19,138 bases of DNA. It comes from Octopus sinensis. Lineage: Eukaryota. The DNA is taken from contig NW_021824344.1 of assembly GCF_006345805.1 (NCBI RefSeq), positions 1 to 19,138 on the forward strand, read 5' to 3'. The translations under genes and the position numbers were made by a program. A model generated the notes under the pieces. That model was given only the letters and a program-made list of their open reading frames with translations. It was not told where the DNA came from and did no database searches. Shown here in pieces: positions 1 to 9,206 of this stretch (position 1 is the stretch's first letter; every line of letters starts with the position of its first letter).

Positions 1-140
1 CTGCAGACAGGTATGTGTATCATGAATGTGTCTCATTAGTCACCAGCAGAACTATAAGTGTCAAGAATAACTTTGCCCTAATGCAGTGTTCTTAAAGTTG
101 AGAGATGGTCTTGCTCATTATGAGTGGACAATCATCATCA

Positions 141-526
141 TGTATTTATGTATGCATGTATGTATGTATGTATGTATGTATGCATGTATGTATGTATGTC
201 TGCATGTATATATGCATGTATGTATGTCTGCATGTATATATGTACGCATGTATGTATGTATGTATGTATGTATGTATGTATGGATGTATGTAGGTATGTA
301 TGTATGCATGCATGCATGCATGTATGCATGTATGTATGTATGTATGCATGTATGTATGTCTGCATGTATATATGTATATATGTATGCACGTAGGTATATA
401 TGTATGTACGTATGTATGTTTGTATGTATGCATGTATGACTGCATGTATATATGTATGCATGTATGTATTCATGTGTGTATGTACGTATCTATGAATATG
501 AACGTCTATGTATGTATATGTATGTT
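141..526. repeat. (TATG)n tetranucleotide microsatellite, interrupted by CATG/TGTC variants
   Basis: Directly visible; source of the MYVC/HTYI ORFs at 86-473. Confidence 0.97.
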
Positions 527-531
527 TATAA

Positions 532-532
<1 letters not shown>

Positions 533-576
<44 letters not shown>

Positions 577-581
577 AATCA

Positions 582-665
<84 letters not shown>
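533..665. repeat. (TATC)n microsatellite
   Basis: Near-perfect TATC array (one CAAT variant) directly following the TATG array. Confidence 0.97.
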
Positions 666-668
<3 letters not shown>

Positions 669-863
669 ATTTTAGTTGGCAAAAGAAAGAGAGTGGGTCT
701 CAAAGCATTTGTTAGCTGTTACAAATATAATTAAATGAAAATGTTTTTTAAATGGCATCGGAGGGGCAATGCATATCCTGTGCTCAGAAAAATTTTTTCA
801 AAAATTACAGTGTGATTTACAATGTGTTGCTTACCAATGCCTTTTAATTGAACTGAATTAAGC

Positions 864-1340
864 TTTTTTTTTAAGTATCACCATTGTATACACCAATGAA
901 ATTAAGAAATCAGCTCCTAAATAAACGAAACCCTCGAATTCACCAATGTATACACACACGAAAACAGACATACAAACACACACAAATATGCACACACACA
1001 GAGTCACATATGTATGTATGTATGTATATAAGTAAGCATGTATGTATGTATGTATGTATGTATGTATGTATGTATGTATGTATGTATGTATGTATGTGTG
1101 CCTCTAAGTATGTACCCATACTATCTATGCGCATAGGTACACCATGTTCTATACGCACGCAGAGGAGGGTCAATTCATATGAAAAAGAAAGTGAATAAAA
1201 TAATATGGCCATTTGTTTATCGGGATATTTGTAAGTTAAATTTTAAAAATTTTGTTTTATGTTATTTTTTTCTTAAGTATCACTATTTATACCCCGGTGA
1301 AATTAAGAAATCAAGTCATAAACCCTTGAATCTATCAGTG

Positions 1341-1350
<10 letters not shown>
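864..1350 (+). repeat. Diverged local direct duplication of a ~90-bp unit (864-959 and 1265-1350), each copy running into a CA-type microsatellite
   Basis: ttaagtatcaccattgtatacaccaatgaaattaagaaatca...aaaccctcgaattcaccaatgtatacacacac aligns with ttaagtatcactatttataccccggtgaaattaagaaatca...aaacccttgaatctatcagtgtatacacacac, with one ~10-nt indel. Confidence 0.75.
1009..1098. repeat. (TATG)n microsatellite
   Basis: Directly visible. Confidence 0.95.
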
Positions 1351-1379
<29 letters not shown>

Positions 1380-1625
1380 ACACACATATACACACACACA
1401 CACACATACAAATACACGCACATACACACACACATATACACACACATACACACACACATACACACACATACACACACATATACACACATACACACACACA
1501 TACACACACACACAACACACACATACACAACACAATAACACATACACACACACATACACACACACACATACACACACCACACATACACACACACATACAC
1601 ACACATATACACACACGCACATACA
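1342..1625. repeat. (CA)n / (CACACACATA)n compound microsatellite
   Basis: Directly visible; source of the HT/CV ORFs at 1179-1680. Confidence 0.96.
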
Positions 1626-1754
1626 TGTACGTGTTTATGTGAACAGGTAAATATTCATGACGATGGTGGGGTTTTTGCAAAAAAATGTTTCACTAGTATG
1701 TAACCTTAAATCTGTTTGATATAATATTACTGATTAATCCATTACTTTACTCAG

Positions 1755-1798
1755 CTTTTTTTAAAGTAGATTCACGTCTATACATAAACATCATGCTG
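1755..1798 (+). CDS. Candidate internal micro-exon of an unidentified gene (AFFKVDSRLYINIML if entered in phase 1)
   Basis: TTTACTCAG acceptor, perfect CTG|GTAAGT donor at 1798/1799. Phase-compatible with the CAG|GTATGT donor at 10/11 and the TTTTACAG acceptor at 2093/2094. Alternative AGs at 1766 and 1769 give a different frame. No homology recognised. Confidence 0.3.
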
Positions 1799-2093
1799 GT
1801 AAGTAATGCTGTGGTTGATATCAGCTTGGTAAATTAAGTCTGTTCGGTAAAGCTACGCAACAAAATTCGTGTTGAGTCTATGATGAAATAAGAACTTGGT
1901 GTTATTAAGAGATATTTATTTTTTCATTAAAAGAAGTTATTGACTTCATGTGGTGAATAATTAACATGAATTTGTTAAGTTAGTAAGAAATACTTGGTTT
2001 CACATGTAGTGAGATCAATCTATTTCATGCTCTCGATGTGTTATCTAAAAAATGTTTATCATGTATTTTACAGCGGTACTTGTTGACCAAGTT

Positions 2094-2124
2094 CTTCGAT
2101 CTGAGACCATGAATCGAAAATAAA
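2094..2124 (+). CDS. Candidate terminal exon (RYLLTKFFDLRP*, or VLVDQVLRSETMNRK* in the alternative frame) followed by AATAAA
   Basis: atgtattttacag acceptor; TGA at 2110-2112; AATAAA at 2119-2124. No homology recognised. Confidence 0.25.
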
Positions 2125-2645
2125 GCAACAGTAATATGGAAGAGTGGCTTTAGTATGTGTATATATTGCTAAATCTATATGTATTTTTAAACGAATATAT
2201 TTTTTGATTTATTTAAATTTATTATAATTTTTTACCATTAATTATTTACCCTGGGTATTCAGGTTTTTTTAATTCTACATAAGCTATTTTTGGTTTAAGG
2301 TTTTCTTCGATTTTGATAATATGATTTTAAACTGCAGTATAATATGTACAAGCAATGAGACACATTCTGGATTGGCCTCGTAGTTTATATATTTAATCTA
2401 TGGCGTCCCTGTTAATAGCGGCTTCACCTGGTAAATAATAACTGTTATTTGCTAAAATAAGTCAGAAACCATGGTCCAGGAAATAGATGGAAATGTTTTT
2501 ATTTTTCATTCCCTTCGAGAATTTATCCCTAATTAGTAGCTTGGACTTTAACTGTTCTTTCTAGCGTAAAGGATTCCTATGATGGACGCCTCTTAATGTG
2601 TTTTAATGTACACTGTATTTTATATGGAAAATATATAGTCCAAAT

Positions 2646-2702
2646 GGCGGTGCCCCAGCATGGCCACAGCTCATGAGCTGAAACTGGAAGAATCAGAATC
2701 AG
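2646..2702 (+). mobile_element. 3'-terminal fragment of SINE family A (5'-truncated)
   Basis: ggcggtgccccagcatggccacagctcatgagctgaaac matches the 3' end of the full copy (ggcggtgctccagcatggccacagtcaaatgactgaaac, 5211-5249); short gaatca tail repeat. Confidence 0.75.
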
Positions 2703-2780
2703 TCTATTGACTAATTTTTTTTACGCTGGGTCACTGGTAGTATAAATTTCTGAAATTTTTATTATCCTGATATTATTAAT

Positions 2781-2895
2781 TATGTATATATGTATATATA
2801 ATATATATATATATATATATACATACATATACACACACACACACACACACACATATGTATATTATATATTATTATATATATATATATATATATAT

Positions 2896-2993
<98 letters not shown>
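2781..2993. repeat. Compound (TA)n/(CA)n/(GATA)n microsatellite
   Basis: Directly visible. Confidence 0.96.
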
Positions 2994-3010
2994 TGAGAGA
3001 TAGTTAGTTG

Positions 3011-3102
3011 GAGATACTTGTCCAAGGTGCTACGCAGTGGGACTGAACGCGGAACTATGTCGTTGGGAAGTAAGCTTCTTACTACACAGCCACGCCTGCG
3101 CC
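3011..3102 (-). mobile_element. SINE family A, tRNA-like head only
   Basis: Reverse complement ggcgcaggcgtggctgtgtagtaagaagc...gttcagtcccactgcgtagcaccttggacaagt aligns with the head of 4811-5270; runs into the GATA/TA microsatellite. Confidence 0.85.
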
Positions 3103-3311
3103 AATATATATATAATACGGGTTACAAATTCTGTTTGTTTGTGGGACTTATTAGTAGAAGAAATAGTGATCAATTTGGCTGCTACTTCTAATATTTTCGG
3201 TATGTATTTTTGAGCACTTGTTGCAATTAACCCTTTATTATAATTAATATAATTCTTACCAATATGGTCTTTTCCATACCGATAAATCTACTAGGCGAAA
3301 TTTTATTTTTT

Positions 3312-3451
3312 GTATATATATATATAATATATATATATATATATTATATATATATATAATATATATATATAATATATATATATACATATGCATGCATGTG
3401 TGCGTGTGTGAATGTGTGTGCGTGCTGCGTGCGTGTGTGTGTGTTTGTGTG
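3312..3451. repeat. (TA)n followed by (GT)n-rich microsatellite
   Basis: Directly visible. Confidence 0.93.
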
Positions 3452-3539
3452 CAAGTTCACCTTTTTCTTCGTCTACCTTTGAGAGGCACACTACTATCGG
3501 ATTCATAATGAGTTAGTGGTTAATCGCACTAGTGGACCT

Positions 3540-3758
3540 GTCGGTGAGCTAGCAGAAACGTTAGCATGCCGGGCGAAATGCTTTGCGGTATTTCATCTGC
3601 CGCTACGTTCTGAGTTCAAATTCCGGCGAGGTCGACTTTGCCTTTCATCCTTTCGGGGTCGATAAATTAAGTGCCAGTTACACACTGGGGTCGATATAAT
3701 CGACTTAATCTGTTTGTCTGTCCTTGTTTGTCCCCTCTATGTTTAGCCCCTTGCGGGG
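3540..3758 (+). mobile_element. SINE family B (tRNA-derived head, central ctttcatcctttcggggtcgataaattaag domain, tail type 1)
   Basis: A-box-like TAGCAGAAACG and B-box GAGTTCAAATT; collinear with minus-strand copies at 13521-13708 and 15515-15662. Confidence 0.88.
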
Positions 3759-4099
3759 CTCTCTGTCTCAACTAACCGTTTTGCTAGCTTAGAGCCTTTA
3801 TCCATATATCTCTCCTTCTAGGAACCTAGAAAATATAAGAATTCTGATATCCAGTGCTTTTAATCGCTGCTTTTTATATTTTGTTTTCTATTCATTTCTC
3901 TTACTTTTTATTATTATTTACCAGTTTATTTATCTTTTATGTGTTCTTTGAAGATATCTGAAGCTTTACAGGAAATTTCGGCCATTGGTATAATATGTAA
4001 ACCCAGCGTTATGCCCTGTGATAAATTTACCGTGGCTCTTAACCAACCATACGTGTACAATAGCTATTTTCGAAAGCATTATCATCATGTTAACATGTA

Positions 4100-4640
4100 C
4101 GAAACATGTATGATTTGTCTTTAATCACTCCCCCATCACTAACAGTAACGCAAGCATCATGTTCTTCGCTACAAACAGCAAACTACAATATCAAAGGAAA
4201 ATCTCAACTGCCAGGAACATTAATTCTACAATTACCATCAACATCAGCAGCGGCAGAATATTCGCGACGCCAATATCAAAGCGAAATCTCTATCAGCACC
4301 GCCATCAGGACAACGACCTTCATCGCCACCGCCTACATAATCGCCTACAACAACAACAGCATCAAGAACAACAACAACAACGTGGGCATCTTTCGCGGAT
4401 AAAAAAAAAACAAACTATAATCAAAGGAAGCAAACCAAAACCAGTATGAAAGAACCAACACAACCATCGCCAACACCAACAAGGCCAACACACCATCGCC
4501 AACCTCACCATCACCCACACCACCACCACCACCATCGCCTCGATGTTACTAATGCGATCGCTATAAGCGTTAACACCACCTTCAAAATTTTTACTATTAT
4601 CAAATTCCTACCAACGACACCACCAGCATCCCATCATTAT
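4100..4640. repeat. Degenerate CAA/CAT/CAC trinucleotide low-complexity tract
   Basis: Runs such as caacaacaacagcatcaagaacaacaacaa and caccaccaccaccatc; source of the Q/H/T-rich ORFs at 4106-4673. Confidence 0.7.
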
Positions 4641-4683
4641 TTAAACCCCCATTTTCTTGCACTACATTCATAATAGTATAAAG

Positions 4684-4995
4684 CAGTGGTTCGCAATCAG
4701 GGTCCATATAACCCTTGGCGGTCCACATAAGGTTTTGATGTTAAAAATGAAGTGTATTAACCTGTTTATAGTTCTACAAGACAAAATATTTTAACAATAT
4801 TTTTAATATTACGTAGGAGTGGCTGTGTGGTAAGCAGCTTGCTAACCAGCCACATGGTTCCGGGTTCAGTCCCACTGCGTGGCACCTTGGGCAAGTGTCT
4901 TCTAATATAGCCTCGGGCAGACCGAAGCCTTGAGAGTGGATTTGGTAGACGGAAACTGAAAGAAGCCCGTCGTATATATGTATATATATAATATA

Positions 4996-5028
<33 letters not shown>

Positions 5029-5401
5029 ATGTCTGTATATGTTTGTGTGTCTGTGTCCCCCCCCCCCAACATTGCTTGACAACCGATGCTGGTGTCAACC
5101 GATGGTGGCCAGTTTACGTCCCCGTAACTTAGTGGTTCGGCAAAAGAAACCGATAGAATAAGTACTAGGCTTACAAAGAACAAGTCCTGGGGTCGATTTG
5201 CTTGACTAAAGGCGGTGCTCCAGCATGGCCACAGTCAAATGACTGAAACAAAAAAATAAAAAAAGAAGAAGTACAATTCCTAATAATATTTAATCATAAA
5301 AATATGACAGGACTTTTTAAAAAATCGAATGGTTTTGAGGGTCCACCTGAGAAGGATAGGAATCAAAGGGGCCCATAGATATAAATGACTGAGAGCCACT
5401 G
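4684..5401. mobile_element. Non-autonomous hAT (Charlie-like) MITE, ~260 bp, interrupted by a SINE A insertion
   Basis: TIRs CAGTGGTTCGCAATCA (4684-4699) and reverse complement CAGTGGCTCTCAGTCA (5386-5401), 13/16 match; 8-bp flanks gtataaag / caataaat (5/8), a decayed TSD; repeated subterminal GGTCCA motifs. Confidence 0.7.
4811..5270 (+). mobile_element. Full-length SINE family A with internal microsatellite
   Basis: A box TGGCTGTGTGG, B box GGTTCAGTCCC, ccttgggcaag CORE-like motif, internal (TA)/(TATG)/(TG) tract at ~4972-5055, 3' ggcggtgctccagcatggccacagtc and A-rich tail. Three to four partial copies elsewhere in the window. Confidence 0.9.
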
Positions 5402-5492
5402 CAATAAATTCTTAAAAGACTTCAAAACCAATAGAATTAGTATTACGGATGAGCAACGGTATCAAAATCCTGTTCGTTCATTTTACGTTTTG

Positions 5493-5770
5493 TATTAATT
5501 TCCGATTAGTTTTGTTCTGCAATGCTATTTCCGAAGGAGTGGATCGGACGATTTACGATTGTACGCATGCTCGAATGCATGCACATACGAAGTAAAAACG
5601 TATATATACCTGTTTGTTTATGCAGATACATTCCTATAGACATCAAGTGCTCGTGCTGCAATTATGCAAATACAGAGAATCAGAAAAGTAAACATAGTAA
5701 AGCATCAAAACAATACAACACAAATACATATTTTAACATACATGAAAAGCTTCTATGTATGTATATATGC

Positions 5771-5826
<56 letters not shown>

Positions 5827-6189
5827 TCCTCCTGAGAGAATTTTCCTTTATGTTGAAGAGCCGCATCATATATTTCGAAAATTATATTCATGAATATTTA
5901 TAAATTGGAAAATAGACCTCTACGAGATATGATCAATAAGTATCCGGATTGTTGCCATAGTAACGAATCTAAGCATGTAGAGTAAAGCCGCTTGGCCAAT
6001 ACTGGCCTTCAAATCTGCTGTGCATGCTCACTAAGTTTTCACGTTCTAGCTCACTTCCGCTGTTTATGTATATATATATACATACATTTTCTCGTATGTG
6101 CATGTATTCGAGCATGCGCACAATCGTAAATCGTCCGATCCACTCCTTTGGAAATAGCATTGCTGAACAAAACTAATCATAAATTGATA
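5493..6189. repeat. Long inverted repeat / foldback (MITE-like) with ~500-bp spacer
   Basis: 5504-5590 vs reverse complement of 6092-6178: 83/87 identical; looser similarity extends out to 5493 and 6189, where both ends are bounded by TA. Also visible as the twin ORFs MLFPKEWIGRFTIVRMLE on opposite strands. Confidence 0.92.
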
Positions 6190-6190
6190 T

Positions 6191-6309
6191 AGGAGGACGA
6201 TTGGGATCACGTGGATGAGAAAGGCGCGATCGAGAGAGGAGTGGACAGCGTGCTGTGACCAGCGGTGTCAAATGGACGCCCGACGGACTGGTCGGTCAAG
6301 GTAATCAAG

Positions 6310-6314
<5 letters not shown>
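6191..6314 (+). mobile_element. Extreme 3' end of an RTE-clade non-LTR retrotransposon (5'-truncated)
   Basis: Frame 6191-6304 reads RRTIGITWMRKARSREEWTACCDQRCQMDARRTGRSR*, containing the W-x3-A-x2-R-x2-W motif typical of RTE ORF C-termini. The stop falls inside a CAAGGTAAT/CAAGGTGAT tandem tail, followed by (TA)n. Confidence 0.7.
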
Positions 6315-6377
<63 letters not shown>

Positions 6378-6410
6378 ATATATTATATATAAAATATATA
6401 CACACACAAA
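6313..6410. repeat. (TA)n microsatellite
   Basis: Directly visible. Confidence 0.95.
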
Positions 6411-6630
6411 ATATAGGGGTTTAGATCACAATGTAATCTAAACGACTAGGTACGCTAGATAAGTGTTGTAACGAATTACTAGGGCTTCAAGGTTATAACC
6501 AAGTCGGTAGTTATGGACCCATTGTAGATTTTCGATATTGTGGATATATAATTGTTAAGAGGATTTCAATCATTAAGGCAAGGCAAACATCTCGAGTCAT
6601 GTATATTATTATTGGAAAAAAATGTTAAAA

Positions 6631-6686
6631 GTTTTACAGCTGTTTCTGTGATATCCCAGAATATGGGATATTCCGTCATCGGAGAT
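6631..6686 (-). ncRNA. Degenerate minimal hammerhead-ribozyme-like motif (left arm)
   Basis: Reverse complement: atct-CCGATGA-cgga-ATATCCCA-tattc-TGGGATAT-caca-GAAAC-AGCT-GTA-aaac. Deviations: U4>C and a C.A mismatch at the base of stem II. Confidence 0.45.
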
Positions 6687-6908
6687 AAATAGGGAAAATG
6701 AGAAGGGTATAGACTAATGAAAGGACTTTTACCTACAAGGATTGATGCAGGATTGCGCCAAAGGCCTTATGGGTTTATTTCTACAAAATCGTAAAGTTGA
6801 AAAATGAACTTTTATGCTTCTTTTTCTTCTCTTTCTTCATCTCCTTCTTCCTTCACTCCTGTCCTCGATGTCGCCATTTCATTAAACTATACCCTTCTCA
6901 TTTTATCT

Positions 6909-6964
6909 GTTTCCGGTGACAGAATATCCCATACTCCGGGAAATCCCAGAAACAGCCGTAAGGC
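6909..6964 (+). ncRNA. Degenerate minimal hammerhead-ribozyme-like motif (right arm)
   Basis: gttt-CCGGTGA-cagaatatcccatactccgggaaatccca-GAAAC-AGCC-GTA-aggc. More decayed than the left copy (A6>G, palindromic loop broken). Confidence 0.35.
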
Positions 6965-7045
6965 TTTGAATATTTTTTCCAATAATAATAATGTATATGA
7001 CTTAAGATGTTTGTCTTGCCTTAACGTTTGTTGTCCTCTGTAACA

Positions 7046-7048
<3 letters not shown>

Positions 7049-7098
<50 letters not shown>

Positions 7099-7110
7099 TG
7101 TGTGTGTGTG
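7049..7110. repeat. (TG)n microsatellite
   Basis: Directly visible. Confidence 0.97.
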
Positions 7111-7649
7111 GCAATCACAACCAGCTATTCCTGAGAAAAGGAGATACTGTAAATAATGTGAATTCTCAAAACCTGACATGCCATTAAGGAAAAGGGCAGT
7201 TATATATGCAAACATGCATACATATGCATAATGCATGCATACATGTAGCAATGGCGTCGTTTTGATTATATACCGTTATGTTCAATACAAATTACTTCTT
7301 CTCATAATGCGAGTTACAAAAGGTCCATAATATATATTCCACAAAGAATAAGAGAATCGCGTTCGACAAAAGATTTCGAAGTCGGTGCTTAAGCACGGCG
7401 ACTTTCCTTTGACTAAAATCAATAGAATGTTAGAAAATTAAAATGATATACATTATCATTGTTTGCTTTTGTTTTTTCCTTATATAATTTTTCATCTGTT
7501 TTCTTTTGCCCTTATGTGAAAGCCCCTGGACTAGTGGTCAAAAGTCTTGCACTCATAATCACAACAGACCCGGGACAATTATACTTTATTGAAACCGGAT
7601 AATTGGATCAATGAGTCTTCTCTTTCTCTTTCTCAGTGTATCAACCTAT

Positions 7650-7738
7650 TTATCTATCTGTCTACTTATCTGTCTCTCTCTGGCTGCATGCTTTCTTATC
7701 TGCCTGTCTGTCTGTCTGTCAATCTGTCCGTTCTAATA

Positions 7739-7780
<42 letters not shown>

Positions 7781-7788
7781 TCTATCTA

Positions 7789-7851
<63 letters not shown>

Positions 7852-7869
7852 CTATCTATCATCTCTTTA

Positions 7870-7905
<36 letters not shown>

Positions 7906-7909
7906 TTTA

Positions 7910-7967
<58 letters not shown>

Positions 7968-7978
7968 CTATCTATCTA

Positions 7979-8069
<91 letters not shown>

Positions 8070-8071
8070 CT
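7650..8071. repeat. Compound (TC)n/(TATC)n/(TGTC)n microsatellite containing an exact 40-bp tandem duplication (7861-7900 = 7901-7940)
   Basis: Directly visible; source of the LSLSIY ORFs at 7589-8187. Confidence 0.95.
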
Positions 8072-8796
8072 TGACCCCTTATATCGGGACATGTAAGACA
8101 ATAACGGTAAATCGTCTTGTCTGGCCTTATCGTATTTTCCCGATTCTCCTCGCTCTGAGTTCAAATCTGCTGTTCATCTTTTTTTGATGCTGATGGTGGG
8201 AGTTAATAAAATAGAACTAATCCAGAGCGCATGATCTGGAATAATTGTTAAAACATCGGATCGGATGCATTATGCTATTTGTTCCTCATCCTCCCGTTCT
8301 GAGTTTGGCGGAACCCTGGTTTACGCATCCCATATAATCCCTCAACTTTTTTATCCTTTAGAGTTTCCTGAAAATTTGTGCGAATCTATCTTCTGCATAT
8401 GGGAATTCATACGATTATATAAATATTTTTATAATTAAAAAACAAATAAATAGATAAACGCTACAATTGCCCCTTCTTTTTGAATTTTTTAAAAAATCGG
8501 AGCTTAAAATATTGACAGTTCGAATTTTTCGCTTAAATCCCAGCAATGGACTACCCTTTGGTGCGTCATCATTCCATTAGATTGTTTATGGTGAGAAAAA
8601 CATCAATACATGTCGCAGTGACAAAGAAATATGGAAGGTACCAGGTGGCCCTGGGATATGCTAAAAACAACAACTAAATCGTCCTTAATTCACACATAAA
8701 AAAAGATGCTTGCACGATCTTATGAATTTAGAAAAAATTCCTGAAAATTTCCAAAAAAATATCTAAAATGTTATGAGGGGTTATATGAGGTGCTTA

Positions 8797-9042
8797 AACC
8801 AGATTCCCGCTTTGAGTTTGTAACTTGCTGTCGCCTACTTCAATAGTGGACAATTCACATTGGCACTCGAGGTGCCAAGTTGCAACAGAGTCCACTCTGT
8901 TCAAGCATTCGAACCAGCTCTTCAGTCTAAGTATATCCCTTTCCCGCCCTCCCATCCGTCTCGAAGACCCTGCATTGCTTTCCCCTATTGTGGCTAAATC
9001 ATGAAGCTGTGATATTCTTCTAACACAACTACATGGCAATGG
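8797..9042 (-). CDS. Candidate exon or decayed coding fragment of unknown origin (PLPCSCVRRISQLHDLATIGESNAGSSRRMGGRERDILRLKSWFECLNRV...)
   Basis: GC-richer island; minus-strand ttcttttgtacag acceptor ending at 9043; 82 open codons. Donor is weak or ambiguous; no homology recognised. Confidence 0.3.
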
Positions 9043-9206
9043 CTGTACAAAAGAATACGTAGGTTAAGAATTCTATAAGAGTTGGGATCCCTGTTTGCTG
9101 TTGTAAGCATCATATTTTTATTAAAAATCTGAAAAAATTTGAAGAAATTAGAGAAACGTATGGAGTTCCAACATGTGGTGTTATTTTTTTTACAAACATT
9201 TAATAT

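Larger units (their letters stand above)
6551..7048. mobile_element. Inverted pair of ~170-bp repeats (6551-6723 / 6875-7048), probable Penelope-like pseudo-LTR relic
   Basis: The arms align along their length (cattaaggcaaggcaaacatctcgagtcat... vs cgttaaggcaagacaaacatcttaagtcat...; aaaatgagaagggtatag is shared exactly). Each arm holds a hammerhead-like motif. The inverted repeat is seen directly; the PLE identity is inferred. Confidence 0.75.

Noticed and set aside
1-6. Window begins with a PstI site (CTGCAG), suggesting a cloned fragment
   Set aside because: Internal CTGCAG sites exist (e.g. near 2332) and the other end has no such site.
86-1680. Many overlapping 60-144-aa ORFs (MYVC, HTYI, YLSI, CVCV)
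   Set aside because: They are translations of TATG/TATC/CA microsatellites, which lack stop codons in several frames.
3954-3987. Possible small exon ISEALQEISAI with a GAAG acceptor and GTATAA donor
   Set aside because: Not phase-linkable to the neighbouring candidates without assuming an error; signals are only moderate.
4106-4673. Q/H-rich ORFs resembling transcription-factor low-complexity regions
   Set aside because: Degenerate CAA/CAC/CAT repeats; several frames are open, with no domain or convincing splice context.
5405-5950. Mariner-like hints: TACGAG...ATCAATAAGTATCCGG terminus-like word at 5921-5950 and an HP*Y..FYWF peptide echo on the minus strand at about 5405-5495
   Set aside because: Too short and degenerate to support without an alignment; no matching second TIR found.
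5522-6160. Twin ORFs MLFPKEWIGRFTIVRMLE on opposite strands
   Set aside because: A by-product of the inverted repeat; both run into (TA)n and are not credible proteins.
7589-8187. 161-aa and 183-aa ORFs, the longest in the track
   Set aside because: Pure TC/TATC/TGTC repeat translations.
8818-8997. Plus-strand LAVAYFNSGQFTLALE, TPR-like
   Set aside because: Preceded by an in-frame stop with no usable acceptor; probably a chance match.
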